A stretch of DNA of 64,000 nucleotides from Gammaproteobacteria bacterium (GTDB taxonomy: Bacteria > Pseudomonadota > Gammaproteobacteria > Eutrophobiales > Eutrophobiaceae), in contig CBDCDS010000003.1 of the NCBI GenBank assembly GCA_965215365.1, forward strand, positions 1,952,001 through 2,016,000, given 5' to 3'. The translations under genes and the position numbers were made by a program. Below, piece by piece: positions 32,689 to 42,983 of the stretch. The notes beneath the pieces were generated by a model that saw only the letters and a list, made by a program, of their open reading frames with translations, made no database searches and was not told the origin of the DNA. The first letter of the stretch is position 1, and the number at the start of each line of letters is the position of its first letter.

Positions 32689-32832
32689 ATGATTGAGCGA
32701 AGGGCTAAGCAAAAGGTCAGCGCGGCGCTGGGGCGTCAGGCGGCGGTAGCGCTGCTCGGACCGCGTCAGGTGGGCAAAACCATACTGGCTTATGCGCTGG
32801 TGCTTTACTCGGCGAACGGCCGACAAGGATAA
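32689..32832 (+). pseudogene. N-terminal relic of a third DUF4143-type AAA ATPase
   Basis: MIERRAKQKVSAALGRQAAVALLGPRQVGKTILAYAL then stop at 47 aa; AGGA upstream of the ATG. Confidence 0.7.
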
Positions 32833-32909
32833 ATAACATCCGAGAATTGCTGACGATATTGCTTTACCGTACGCCATTGCCGGCGCTCGGTGATACTTAT
32901 CGAAAATGT

Positions 32910-34148
32910 TCAGACATTAAACGCCGCTTCCAGCTGCTGCTGCTGGCTCCTGTCAATCCCGATTGCACGCGCGACTGAGCGCCATCTGGCGACACTGGTG
33001 AGCACTTGCTTCTTTATCTGTAGCGCCTGCCCCCTGCTGAGCTGAAAGAAGTCAATTACTTCCAGTGCGACATCGTAACTCAGGCTGTTGTCGTTATCGG
33101 AAATATTCAGGTATAAACCGTTGGCTGGTGTGACAGGATTGACATCATAGGCTGGAGACAAGCGCCAGCCGCCCTGATGGTAGATGAATCCGTGGTTTCT
33201 CAGGTGGTCATCCGTATTCGAAATGGCGATGTAGAACACAATACGGCGCCAAAGTTGAGCAAGGTCTTCTTTAGAGTTGCTGCCATGTTCCGTGATAAAC
33301 TGAGCAAGTTCCAGATAACTGGCTTCATAGTTACCATCGTAGTAGCCAAGCTGGGTCATGGCTGAGGTAAAGTGAAGGCGGCTCTCTGTTGTTCGATCAA
33401 ATCGTCTGGTAAGAAAGGTATGGTGGTGGCTGGCAAACTTTTCGGCCCGACTCTCCGCCATTTTTACCCCTGCTTGCAGGGCAAGTTGATAAGCCACATA
33501 CTCCCAGGCGGCAATGTCATAATCATCATATCGGCTGGGAAACTTGGCGATCCACAGGTGTGCTTCGTCGTCGATAACGCCGGCTTTTGGTCTTGCCCCT
33601 CCCAATGAAGAACCTGGCGCCATGAGCATGTGCAACCACTTGAGGTATTCGGGATCATCGCTATCGAGGTTGTGCTCTACCTGTCCGACGGCATGTTCAA
33701 GTTTCCCAAGGGACGAGAGTGGCGGGGTGGCCAGTCTCTCATCGTCATCGAGAAAAGGGCCGTTCAACTCTTGTTTGAATCTCAGTGCTCCGGCCCGATG
33801 CAGATCGTGAACACCCAACAGATAATCGATTTCATTCAGGACTCGGGGAGGACGCCCGCCCTGACGGGCATGAATGGCTTCGCGTCTTTTCATCAACAGC
33901 CGTCCCCAGCGATCAGGACAGGAATCCAGAAACACTCGAAAATTCCTGTCGTGTTCGCCGTGCTGCTCGCCATAATACAGGCTCAAATCAGGATCGATCT
34001 GCCGGGCGTAAGGTGATTGCAACCAGTTCGGATCATAACTGAAGCTGAAATGCTCTTTCTGACGGACGACAGCAGAACGGAGCGTACCGACCAGAACCGG
34101 TTGCTTGAATTCTTCCCAACCTGCAAAAACGTGGACTTCCGCGTTCAT
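32910..34148 (-). CDS. hipA: HipA-family kinase toxin
   Basis: PDRWGR, GSSLGGARPKA, IAKFP, RFDR, NTDDHLRNHGF, LSPAYDVNP. Confidence 0.9.
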   Translation of the reverse strand: MNAEVHVFAGWEEFKQPVLVGTLRSAVVRQKEHFSFSYDPNWLQSPYARQIDPDLSLYYGEQHGEHDRNFRVFLDSCPDRWGRLLMKRREAIHARQGGRPPRVLNEIDYLLGVHDLHRAGALRFKQELNGPFLDDDERLATPPLSSLGKLEHAVGQVEHNLDSDDPEYLKWLHMLMAPGSSLGGARPKAGVIDDEAHLWIAKFPSRYDDYDIAAWEYVAYQLALQAGVKMAESRAEKFASHHHTFLTRRFDRTTESRLHFTSAMTQLGYYDGNYEASYLELAQFITEHGSNSKEDLAQLWRRIVFYIAISNTDDHLRNHGFIYHQGGWRLSPAYDVNPVTPANGLYLNISDNDNSLSYDVALEVIDFFQLSRGQALQIKKQVLTSVARWRSVARAIGIDRSQQQQLEAAFNV

Positions 34149-34486
34149 TGGTCATGTCCCCCATTTTTCCCCATCAGTTTGATATCTTGGAGCTTGCGCC
34201 CCAATTTATCGTCATCAGCAACGTCGGTAAAATCATCAGCCAGATTGAGTACGCCTAGCACGGCCAGATAGTGACCGATGGAAACGCCAGGGTCCCCGTG
34301 CTCGATCTTGCGGATGGTCAGGCGGCTCAGCCCGGTACGTTCTGATATCAAAATCTGGGTATAGCCTCTGCGTTTACGCGCCAGTTTGATGTTTTCTCCA
34401 AGGCGCTCCAACACGCGCCTGCTGTTCGGGAAGACGACTGCGGACCGTTTCCCGCCTGGCCTTTTTTTGATCATAATAATTACCAT
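34145..34486 (-). CDS. XRE-family HTH regulator (HipB-like antitoxin)
   Basis: LGENIKLARKRRG...ERTGLSRLTIRKIEHGDPGVSIGHY; overlaps the hipA start. Confidence 0.85.
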   Translation of the reverse strand: MVIIMIKKRPGGKRSAVVFPNSRRVLERLGENIKLARKRRGYTQILISERTGLSRLTIRKIEHGDPGVSIGHYLAVLGVLNLADDFTDVADDDKLGRKLQDIKLMGKNGGHDQ

Positions 34487-34508
34487 ATATTGTAAATATG
34501 GTAATTAT
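34476..34508. promoter_or_regulatory. Palindromic operator at the 5' end of the hipBA-like operon
   Basis: ATAATTACCATAT-ATTGTAA-ATATGGTAATTAT (perfect 13-bp arms). Confidence 0.6.
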
Positions 34509-34837
34509 AGTGACCATAAATGGTTTTGTAAATAATCTGGTTGCTGCTTTGGCTGGTAGCGTGCGTCGCTAACATCGTGTGGGAAGGCTGCTGTCATGGC
34601 ACCCCCCTTGACAGGTCGCTGCAGATGGAAATCAGTCTATCAGGCTGAAGGCGCGCAAGCAAGGACACAGACGTTGAAATAAGACCAGCACCAAGTGCGA
34701 GGATCATGCAGTTGCATTCCGATGGGGGACGCTTACTTGCTTGTTGCGTCGGTTTTGTGAGTCGAATAGAATGGCCCTGATACTCTTGAGGTGACCCGAC
34801 AGCTTGCAATGAAAACCTTATGGACGGAGGAACGAAT

Positions 34838-36247
34838 ATGCGTACTGCATTAATTTCGCCTGTAGTCTCCCCGCACGACGGCCAAGTGAAAGGAAGGCAA
34901 TCTTTGCAAGAGAGGTTTGCTTCTCGCCTGTCCATCCATCCCGGCCTGACCCGTAAGGTTGTATCCTGGCAAGGTAATCGGGAGGCGCCTGGTCTCCGCT
35001 GGATGAAGTACAAGGAAGGTTTTTCCGGTGAGCTGGTCGATGCGTTGATAGAGGATGCAGAATCCAAGGCGGTGCTCGATCCGTTCTCAGGCATTGGTAC
35101 AACTGCTCTTGCTGCGGCCGGCCGCGGGCTGGGTGGGACCGGCATAGAGATTATGCCGGTCGGCGTATTGGCGAGTAAAGCCCTGGCTTGTGCTGCAAAC
35201 GGATTGAACCCGAAGGTATTTGAAAGAGAAGGACGAGCCTTGTTAGAACAAGTGGAATCCGGCCGTACGCCTGACAGTCAATTTGCATTCCCTCACGTTC
35301 GTATTACTGAGTCGGCTTTTCCGGTGGAAACCGAAGCAGGCTTGACCAAAGCTCGAGAATATATCGCCGGCGTTAAAGATTCTGCCAGTGCATTGATGCT
35401 GGATTTTGCCTGCATGAGTGTCTTGGAGAATATCAGTTACACCCGGAAGGATGGGCAATATCTGCGCTGGGATTATCGTTCGGGACGAAATTTGCGAGCC
35501 CGGATGGATAAAGGGCCGATTCAACCCTTGCCGCAGGCATTGCGGGGAAGATTGAGTGAGATACTGCATGATATGGAACCATTGAAGTTGAAATATGGCG
35601 CAAGGATGCCAAAATTCATCTTGGGCTCCTGTCTGAAAGTGCTGCGGGATTTACCGGAAGGCGCATTTGATACGGTAATCACCTCTCCTCCCTATGCCAA
35701 CAGGTACGACTACACCAGAACGTATGCGTTGGAACTTGCATGGCTTGGCTGTGGTCAGGAAGATTTCTCTGGCCTGAGACAGGACCTTTTATCGGCGACA
35801 GTGGAAAACAAATCAAAGATGTCCTGGCTGGAAAGCTGTTATGGAAATAACAAATTGCTGAAAGACGCCCTGTGCATGTTTGAAGAACAGAGCGCGCTGC
35901 AGGAAGTGCTGTCGATACTTGAAGGTCACGTAAAAGAGCTTTCCAATCCTCACATAATTCGCTTGGTCAGGGGCTACTTTCAGGAAATGGCTATAGTTGT
36001 TTCTGAACTTGCCCGAGTAGTACGCCCGGGTGGCGCAGTATATATGGTAAACGATAATGTTCAGTATCACGGTGAGGAAATACCGGTAGACCTGATTCTG
36101 TCCGATTTTGCAGAGCAGGCCGGGTTTAAGTGTCAACACATCTGGTTACTGGCGCGAGGAAAAGGTAATTCAAGCCAGCAAATGGGTAAGTTCGGGCGTC
36201 GGGAAATCAGAAAGTGCATGTACAAATGGGTCAGAGCGCATGGCTAA
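34838..36247 (+). CDS. Type II DNA methyltransferase (N4-cytosine type)
   Basis: VLDPFSGIGTT and ITSPPYANRYDY motifs; GGAGG RBS. Confidence 0.88.
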   Translation: MRTALISPVVSPHDGQVKGRQSLQERFASRLSIHPGLTRKVVSWQGNREAPGLRWMKYKEGFSGELVDALIEDAESKAVLDPFSGIGTTALAAAGRGLGGTGIEIMPVGVLASKALACAANGLNPKVFEREGRALLEQVESGRTPDSQFAFPHVRITESAFPVETEAGLTKAREYIAGVKDSASALMLDFACMSVLENISYTRKDGQYLRWDYRSGRNLRARMDKGPIQPLPQALRGRLSEILHDMEPLKLKYGARMPKFILGSCLKVLRDLPEGAFDTVITSPPYANRYDYTRTYALELAWLGCGQEDFSGLRQDLLSATVENKSKMSWLESCYGNNKLLKDALCMFEEQSALQEVLSILEGHVKELSNPHIIRLVRGYFQEMAIVVSELARVVRPGGAVYMVNDNVQYHGEEIPVDLILSDFAEQAGFKCQHIWLLARGKGNSSQQMGKFGRREIRKCMYKWVRAHG

Positions 36248-37172
36248 GCTGGACGACGCGAAAAAACGTTCATCAGTTTTATCGAATAGAATCAAGCAAA
36301 GGACAGACGTTAAACTGCAGAGGCTCATAGCAGTATTTGAACAACAACTGACCTTTGTATCGCCGGACGATCTGATGGTCAGCGAGAAAGCATGGAAATA
36401 CGTCGAATCATCCGGCATCGATCCCAAACAGGTATTTGCCCATCCCGACCTGCTTTATCATCACCCGGAGACCTCTGAGTATTACCGTGGCATTGCGTTA
36501 TTGTCCCGCAAACGAGTAGCTGCAATAGCGACATCGGTGGATACGTGGGAAGACCCCGAACGCAAGAGCCAGGTGAATAAAGATAAATGCAAGGAGGTCG
36601 CCAGACTCTACAATACGGTAATCTCTTCTATCATTGAAGGGACCACCGACTGGACACTTGATAACGGTTATCGAAACATCATCGCTAACATGGGTATTGG
36701 GCTGGACGGCTCCATTCGCAACCTTATCGGCCAGGACGCTGAGCATATCGTCAAGGATCGCATTCGGGACTGGCTTGACAGTCGGGGATTGATAACCGAA
36801 AGGGATGAACGAGGAACCGAATTCAAGCTGCTGAAGGGTTATTCAATGCACTACGGTTCGGAACCCGATATTGAATTCAAGCAAAACGGAGACGTGATCT
36901 CAACCATTGAGATCAAAGGAGGAACTGACCCCGCAGGAGCGCTTGAACGTCTCGGAGCGGTCCAGAAAAGTTTTGAGGCTACACCTCCAGGTTCCATAAA
37001 TTTATTAATTGCCGGAATTGTAACTGCTGAAATGGAGCAGCGTCTGAACAGTCTCGGTATTCGCAAATACTTCCTCTTGGATGAAGTCGCACAAGATGGA
37101 AAGGCCTGGATAGATTTCCTGAACGAGGTTTTTCACCATGTGGTGCGAATCACTGGTGAGATAATTGAGTAG
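36240..37172 (+). CDS. Type II restriction endonuclease (XcyI-like)
   Basis: SEPDIEF...IEIKGGTDPAG PD-(D/E)xK motif; overlaps the MTase stop. Confidence 0.72.
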   Translation: MAKLDDAKKRSSVLSNRIKQRTDVKLQRLIAVFEQQLTFVSPDDLMVSEKAWKYVESSGIDPKQVFAHPDLLYHHPETSEYYRGIALLSRKRVAAIATSVDTWEDPERKSQVNKDKCKEVARLYNTVISSIIEGTTDWTLDNGYRNIIANMGIGLDGSIRNLIGQDAEHIVKDRIRDWLDSRGLITERDERGTEFKLLKGYSMHYGSEPDIEFKQNGDVISTIEIKGGTDPAGALERLGAVQKSFEATPPGSINLLIAGIVTAEMEQRLNSLGIRKYFLLDEVAQDGKAWIDFLNEVFHHVVRITGEIIE

Positions 37173-37344
37173 CCGGGATTAGATAGCCGTGAGCTGCCTG
37201 AAATTTAGAAGTGCCTTACACGCAGAACACCTTCTTCACAAGTACGGTAAATCACAAGCGCCAGGATCATGTAATTCCACTCCGACACAACAGGGCGTGT
37301 TTGTGTGTGAGAGTGAGAGAGTAACAAGAGAGTAACAAGAGAAT

Positions 37345-38476
37345 TGTCCGGGTTCAGAAACAAGTGAGACTCTTTAGATAAAGAAATCGGGTAGTCTGTG
37401 TGTGAATTAATCTCAACTAATTGACACAGGAGGACTACCCGATGCAGATCAAAAGCCTGCGGGTGAAATCATATCGCAGTTGGCGCGTCGATGATACTAC
37501 CGATGCTGACGCGCGCGGTCGTTTGAAGCAGTTGGAATTGGTTGCGACGTTACGCGAGGATGGGTGTGGTGAGGCGACGGCACTGGCAGCAGTAGGTTGG
37601 TCGAGGGCGACCTACTACCGTTGGTTGAAGCGGTATCGTGAACATGGGCTGAAGGGTCTGGGGTGTGGCTCTCGTGCGCCGCGGCGGCGGCGTGTGCCGC
37701 AATGGACGCGCCAGCACGAGCAGCAGGTCTTGCACCTTCGCCAACGTTATCCGTTATGGGGTAAGCGTAAGCTCTGGCGGGTGGGGGTGCGCGAGCAGGG
37801 CTGGACTTTGAGCGAGAGTACGGTCGGGCGCATCGTGGCGAAGCTGGTGCGGCTGGGTCGGGTCAAGCCGGTGGCGTTTTACTATGGCCGGGTGAAGCCT
37901 AAGCGCCGCCGGGCGTTTACCCATCATGCCAAGCGCTGGCGCTACGGGATGAAGGCTAAGGCGCCAGGGGAGTTGATGCAGATAGACCACATGAGTGTCG
38001 GCTTCACGGACGGCATCACGGTGAAGGAGTTCAAGGCCGTCTGTCCGGTGAGCAAATGGAGTGCGCTGCGAGCCTACAGTCGGGCCACCAGTGGCAATGC
38101 CCGGCGCTTCTTAAAAGCGCTGCTCGGTGAGGCGCCGTTTCCCATCCGTTCTATCCAGGTCGATGGCGGCTCGGAGTTCCGAGATGAGTTCGAGCAGGCT
38201 TGCCAGGACTTAGGAATCCCCCTGTACGTGCTGCCCCCGAAAAAACCCGAATACAACGGCTGTGTAGAACGCGCCAATGCCACCAGCCGCTATGAGTTCT
38301 ATCCGTTCTACGAGGGCCCACTGACCGTGGCCGCCATCAACCGCAAACTGGCAGAGTATCAGCAATACTACAATACCTACCGCCCGCATGACGGTATTGG
38401 TTTATTAACCCCAATGGAGTATTATCAACAACTCACACAGCCTGCCTCTGAGTCTCATATGTATTGAACCTGGACA
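37345..38476 (+). mobile_element. IS481-family insertion sequence
   Basis: TIRs TGTCCGGGTTCAGAAACAAGTGAGACTC and GAGTCTCATATGTATTGAACCTGGACA; 5-bp flanking direct repeat AGAAT (37340-37344, 38477-38481). Confidence 0.9.
37441..38467 (+). CDS. IS481-family DDE transposase
   Basis: SRATYYRW HTH, PGELMQIDH, IQVDGGSEF, NGCVER, YNTYRPH. Confidence 0.92.
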
Positions 38477-38524
38477 AGAATTTTCAATCTCCGCTTGTCT
38501 GTGTTAGCATAACCACTCCAATAC

Positions 38525-38596
38525 CGGCCTGAGGAGCGTTGCGATGGGGATGGCCCCACCAGGCTCAGGCCGACCGTTATAGATAACGACGCTCGC
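38525..38596 (+). ncRNA. SAH riboswitch
   Basis: GCCTGAGGAGCGTTGC...CCAGGCTCAGGC...AACGACGCTC (GAGCGTT pairs with AACG.CGCTC); immediately upstream of ahcY. Confidence 0.88.
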
Positions 38597-38616
38597 TTGA
38601 TTTTGAGGAGACCAAA

Positions 38617-40032
38617 ATGAGCGCTGTTATCCGTACTGTATTTTCTGACTACCGTGTTGCTGACCTGTCCCTGGCCGACTGGGGGCGCAAGGAAATCCGC
38701 ATTGCCGAGACCGAGATGCCGGGGCTGATGGCGTTGCGGGATGAGTTTGCCGCACAGCAACCCCTGCGCGGCGCGCGTATTGCCGGTTCCCTGCACATGA
38801 CCATACAGACCGCAGTGTTGATCGAAACCCTGGCGGCCCTGGGCGCGGACCTGCGCTGGGCGTCCTGCAACATCTTTTCCACCCAGGACCACGCGGCTGC
38901 GGCCATGGCCGAGCAGGGCATCCCCGTGTTTGCGCACAAGGGGGAAACGTTGGAGGAGTACTGGGAATACACCCACAGGATCATGGAATGGTCCGATGGC
39001 GGCACGCCCAACATGATCCTAGACGATGGCGGCGACGCTACCCTGCTGGTCACCTTAGGCGCCAAGGCCGAGCAGGACCCGTCGGTCCTGGATAATCCGG
39101 GCAGTGAAGAAGAACACTACCTGTTCGCCGCTATCAAACAACGGCTCAAGTCAAAACCGGGCTGGTATGCCCGCATCCGCGACAACATCATCGGCGTGAC
39201 GGAGGAGACTACCACGGGCGTGAACCGCTTGTACCAGATGAAGGAGAACGGCGCTCTGCCGTTTGCGGCCATCAACGTGAATGATGCGGTGACCAAATCC
39301 AAGTTCGACAACCTCTATGGCTGCCGTGAATCCCTGGTTGATGGCATCAAGCGCGCCACCGACGTGATGGTCGCCGGCAAGGTTGCAGTAGTGCTCGGCT
39401 ACGGCGATGTAGGCAAGGGCTGCGCGCAGTCGCTGCGCGGGCTGGGCGCGACAGTCTGGGTGACGGAAGTGGATCCCATCTGCGCGCTGCAAGCGGCCAT
39501 GGAAGGTTACCGGGTGGTGCGGATGGACGAGGTATGCGCTGAGGCAGACATCTTCGTGACCGCCACCGGCAATTACCACGTGATTACCCACGAACACCTG
39601 CTGGCCATGAAAGATCAGGCCATCGTCTGCAACATCGGCCATTTCGATAACGAAATCGATGTGGCCTCGCTGCAGGATTATCGCTGGGAGGAGATCAAAC
39701 CGCAGGTGGACCATATCATCTTCCCCGACGGCAAGCGCGTTATCCTGCTGGCCCAGGGGCGCCTGGTGAACCTGGGCTGCGCCACCGGCCACCCCAGTTT
39801 CGTCATGTCCAACTCATTCACCAACCAGGTACTGGCGCAGGTTGAGCTGTTTCGTGAGCGCGACAAGTATCAGGCCGACGTTTACGTGTTGCCCAAACAC
39901 CTGGATGAAAAAGTGGCGCGGTTGCACCTGCAACGTATTGGTGCACAACTCACCATGCTCAGCGAACAACAGGCCGCCTACCTGGGCGTTGGTGCACAAG
40001 GGCCGTACAAGCCCGAGCGCTATCGTTATTAA
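38617..40032 (+). CDS. ahcY: Adenosylhomocysteinase
   Basis: [42 protein letters not shown]. Confidence 0.98.
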   Translation: MSAVIRTVFSDYRVADLSLADWGRKEIRIAETEMPGLMALRDEFAAQQPLRGARIAGSLHMTIQTAVLIETLAALGADLRWASCNIFSTQDHAAAAMAEQGIPVFAHKGETLEEYWEYTHRIMEWSDGGTPNMILDDGGDATLLVTLGAKAEQDPSVLDNPGSEEEHYLFAAIKQRLKSKPGWYARIRDNIIGVTEETTTGVNRLYQMKENGALPFAAINVNDAVTKSKFDNLYGCRESLVDGIKRATDVMVAGKVAVVLGYGDVGKGCAQSLRGLGATVWVTEVDPICALQAAMEGYRVVRMDEVCAEADIFVTATGNYHVITHEHLLAMKDQAIVCNIGHFDNEIDVASLQDYRWEEIKPQVDHIIFPDGKRVILLAQGRLVNLGCATGHPSFVMSNSFTNQVLAQVELFRERDKYQADVYVLPKHLDEKVARLHLQRIGAQLTMLSEQQAAYLGVGAQGPYKPERYRY

Positions 40033-40043
40033 ACGCTTGCCAG

Positions 40044-40134
40044 ACTTATTGAGAGCCATCATGTTTCATAAGGTAACCTCGTGTTTGTGAGAGGTGATCG
40101 CAATGCAACAAGCGGCTTGGTGAGATATGCGGGC
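40044..40134 (+). mobile_element. MITE family A right part with a ~32-bp insert; contains the metF start codon
   Basis: ACTTATTGAGAGCCATCATGTTTCATAAGG-[TAACCTC...GAGGTGATCGCAATG]-CAACAAGCGGCTTGGTGAGATATGCGGGC|TA. Confidence 0.8.
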
Positions 40135-40960
40135 TAAACTCAGCTTTGAGTTTTTTCCGCCTAGGACTCCTGAAGCGGAGCTGAGCCTGCGCGCCACCGT
40201 GACCCGGCTGCAACGCCTGCGCCCGGACTTTTTCTCGGTGACCTTCGGCGCCGGCGGCAGTACCCGGGACAAGACCCTGGAGACTGCGTGCGGCATCAGC
40301 GCGGCCACCGGCATTGAAGCGGCGCCTCATATTTCCTGTATCGGCTCTACCGAAGCTGAGCTCAGGGACATATTGCAAACCTATCAGCAACACGGTTTTG
40401 AACGTGTCGTGGCGTTACGCGGCGACCTGCCGTCCGGCCTTGCCGGCGCCGGTTCGCTACGCTTTGCCAGTGAACTGGTGGCGTTTATCCGCCGCGAAAC
40501 CGGTGCCCATTTTCATATCGACGTGGCCTGTTATCCGGAATTTCACCCTCAGGCCAGGAGTGTGCAACACGACCTGGAAAACCTGAGAAGAAAAGTGGAC
40601 GCCGGCGCCAACGGCGCCATTACCCAGTATTTTTACAATGCCGACGCCTACTTCCGCTTGCTGGAAAGCTGCGCGGCGCTGGGGATCGATATCCCCATCG
40701 TCCCCGGCGTCATGCCGATTACCAACCGTGACCAGTTGCTGCGCTTTTCGACCCTGTGCGGGGCGGAAATCCCGCGCTGGCTGTTAAAGCGCCTGGAGGA
40801 CTTCGGCGATGATCTCAACGCCATCCGCAGCTTCGGCATCGACGTAACCACCCGCTTGTGCGCCCAACTGCTGGACGGCGGCGCGCCCGGCCTGCATATC
40901 TACACCATGAACAAGGCCGAGGCCTCCGCAGCAATCTGGGAGGCGCTGGAGCTGACGTAG
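40127..40960 (+). CDS. metF: 5,10-methylenetetrahydrofolate reductase
   Basis: SFEFFPP, SVTFGAGGST, ALRGD, YPEFHP, AITQYF. Confidence 0.96.
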   Translation: MRAKLSFEFFPPRTPEAELSLRATVTRLQRLRPDFFSVTFGAGGSTRDKTLETACGISAATGIEAAPHISCIGSTEAELRDILQTYQQHGFERVVALRGDLPSGLAGAGSLRFASELVAFIRRETGAHFHIDVACYPEFHPQARSVQHDLENLRRKVDAGANGAITQYFYNADAYFRLLESCAALGIDIPIVPGVMPITNRDQLLRFSTLCGAEIPRWLLKRLEDFGDDLNAIRSFGIDVTTRLCAQLLDGGAPGLHIYTMNKAEASAAIWEALELT

Positions 40961-40977
40961 GTTTTATTCCTATGTCT

Positions 40978-41216
40978 CAACCGCGCAAGGTCTCCGTAAG
41001 CGCTTCGACGGCGCGAGCAATAACGGCATCTTCATCTATCACAACTGTGTAGTCGGTACGCATACTCAGACGCCGCCAGAACTCACGAAAAGAATCGGTC
41101 TCATAGACCGAATCGATCCTTCTCACTCGGCGCTTGCGGGGGTGTTTGCCTTTCTTTTTGTGCCTTGTCTGCGCGCCAGAAGCAGTTGTTCCGTAAACAT
41201 CCTTGATTTCACTATC
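40978..41216 (-). pseudogene. Probable internal relic of a type III restriction Res subunit
   Basis: Manual translation: ...RRVRRIDSVYETDSFREFWRRLSMRTDYTVVIDEDAVIARAVEAL; resembles the F..LW..I...T.Y.V.FD segment of Res proteins. Confidence 0.45.
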
Positions 41217-41411
41217 TCACATAGCGTACAGCAAGTTTTTCTGACCCCGGCATTCGGGCTTGATTCAGGTTTGAGAACAGGTTTTCTCAAATTTGCGTAA
41301 AATTTTATTTGCAATCCCGGTTACAGGGATATACACTGTCGATATTAGGTAGTCCACGACGCTGCGGCGGGTGGGCTGTTATCTTGGAAATGCAGGAATT
41401 TGTGGGGTGTC

Positions 41412-42983
41412 ATGGGATTTTTATATCGGATCTGCTGGTTTCTTTGCTGCGGCGTTGTTGCCGCGTGCGCTGATTTTATTCCCGAACCGCCTGTGCCGTC
41501 GGCTGGGCATATTGCCGCGCCGGCGAGGGCTGCGCCGGCCGGGGATATTCCTGATATTGTCGCGCTGCCGCCGCCGCTGCCGCAACCTGCGCCGCTGCGG
41601 CACGAAGACCGCTATACGGTGGTTGTCAACGAAGTGCCGGTGCGGGAGCTGTTGTTTGCCCTGGCCCGGGATGCGCGTATCAATATCGATATTGCCCCGG
41701 GTATCAGCGGTCTGATTACCATGAACGCGGTGGAGCAAACGCTGCCGCAGTTACTGCAACGCGTGGCGCGGCAGGCCGGGCTGCGTTACGCCATGGAAGA
41801 CGATAACGTGTTCATCTCCCCCGATGAGCCGTATTTCCAGACTTACCGGGTCGATTACCTGAACATGGAACGGGACACCTCGCATGTGGTGCAGGTGGGG
41901 ACGCAGATTGCCGGGGCCGGCAACAGCCTGGAAGGCGGCGGTGGTGGGAGTAATAATTCAACCACCACGATTGGCACCACCATGTCCAACCATTTCTGGG
42001 CCAATCTGGTTGCGAATGTCTCCGCCATTCTGGACGCCGAAGGGGGCGCCGCCGCCAGCGCAGTCATCCCCCATCCGGAATCGGGCGTGTTGACGGTCAG
42101 GGCCACGGCAGTGCAGCATGATACCTTGCGCACGCTGATCGATGAGACGCTCACCAATGCCAACCGCCAGGTATTGATACAGGCTACCATCGTCGAGGTC
42201 AGCCTGACCGACCAGTTCCAGGCCGGTATCGACTGGCAGGCGCTCAATCAGGCCGGCATCGAGGGGCTGAGGCTGACTACCAAGACGCTTACGACCAGCC
42301 CGGTCAACGCCGCGTCATTGTTCTCGCTGAGTTATGAGGACGCCGATCCGGAGCAGGAGCGGGCGCTGAGCGCAGCCGTGGAGCTGTTGCAGGAGTTCGG
42401 CGATGTACGGGTGCTGTCCAGCCCCCAGATCATGGCCTTGAACAACCAGTCCGCCATCCTCAAGGTAGTCGATAACGTAGTCTATTTTGAGGTGGAGCAG
42501 GAAAGCAACGTGACCCAGGGCGTGGCGGCCAACACCTTCGAGACCATCGTCAAGACGGTGCCGGTGGGCATTGTCATGACCATCACCCCGCATATCAAGG
42601 CCGACGACTCCATCATCCTGAACATCAGGCCGAGCATCTCCCGCATCAACCGCTTTGTCAACGACCCGAATCCGACGCTGGCGATTACCAGCCCGGTGCC
42701 GGAGATCCGGGTGCGGGAAATGGAATCCATGTTGCAGTTGCAGAACGGCGAGATCGCAGTCATGGGCGGACTGATGCAGGACGACAGCCGCGGCAATGAC
42801 AACGCCATTCCCGGTCTGTCCCGCATCCCGGTGCTGGGTACTGCGTTCAAGATGGCCTTGCGCGAGTACGAGAAGACCGAACTGGTGATCTTCCTGCGCC
42901 CGCTGATCGTCCGCAACCCCAGTCTGGACGGTGATTTTAGCGCCTACAAACAGTTTTTTCCGGGAGCAGATGATGATTTTTAG
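41412..42983 (+). CDS. Secretin, MshL/GspD-like lipoprotein
   Basis: Lipobox-like VAAC, STN domain, QVLIQATIVEV, VLSSPQIMALNNQ, IPGLSRIPVLG, KTELVIFLRP. Confidence 0.9.
   Translation: MGFLYRICWFLCCGVVAACADFIPEPPVPSAGHIAAPARAAPAGDIPDIVALPPPLPQPAPLRHEDRYTVVVNEVPVRELLFALARDARINIDIAPGISGLITMNAVEQTLPQLLQRVARQAGLRYAMEDDNVFISPDEPYFQTYRVDYLNMERDTSHVVQVGTQIAGAGNSLEGGGGGSNNSTTTIGTTMSNHFWANLVANVSAILDAEGGAAASAVIPHPESGVLTVRATAVQHDTLRTLIDETLTNANRQVLIQATIVEVSLTDQFQAGIDWQALNQAGIEGLRLTTKTLTTSPVNAASLFSLSYEDADPEQERALSAAVELLQEFGDVRVLSSPQIMALNNQSAILKVVDNVVYFEVEQESNVTQGVAANTFETIVKTVPVGIVMTITPHIKADDSIILNIRPSISRINRFVNDPNPTLAITSPVPEIRVREMESMLQLQNGEIAVMGGLMQDDSRGNDNAIPGLSRIPVLGTAFKMALREYEKTELVIFLRPLIVRNPSLDGDFSAYKQFFPGADDDF

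Noticed and set aside
37317-37343. Short tandem GAGAGTAACAA x2 beside the IS
   Set aside because: Only two units in low-complexity sequence, with no evidence of function.
34838-40960. Functional coupling of the R-M methylase to the neighbouring ahcY-metF methyl-cycle genes
   Set aside because: They are separated by an IS, ahcY has its own riboswitch, and the adjacency fits the general islet-at-junction pattern.
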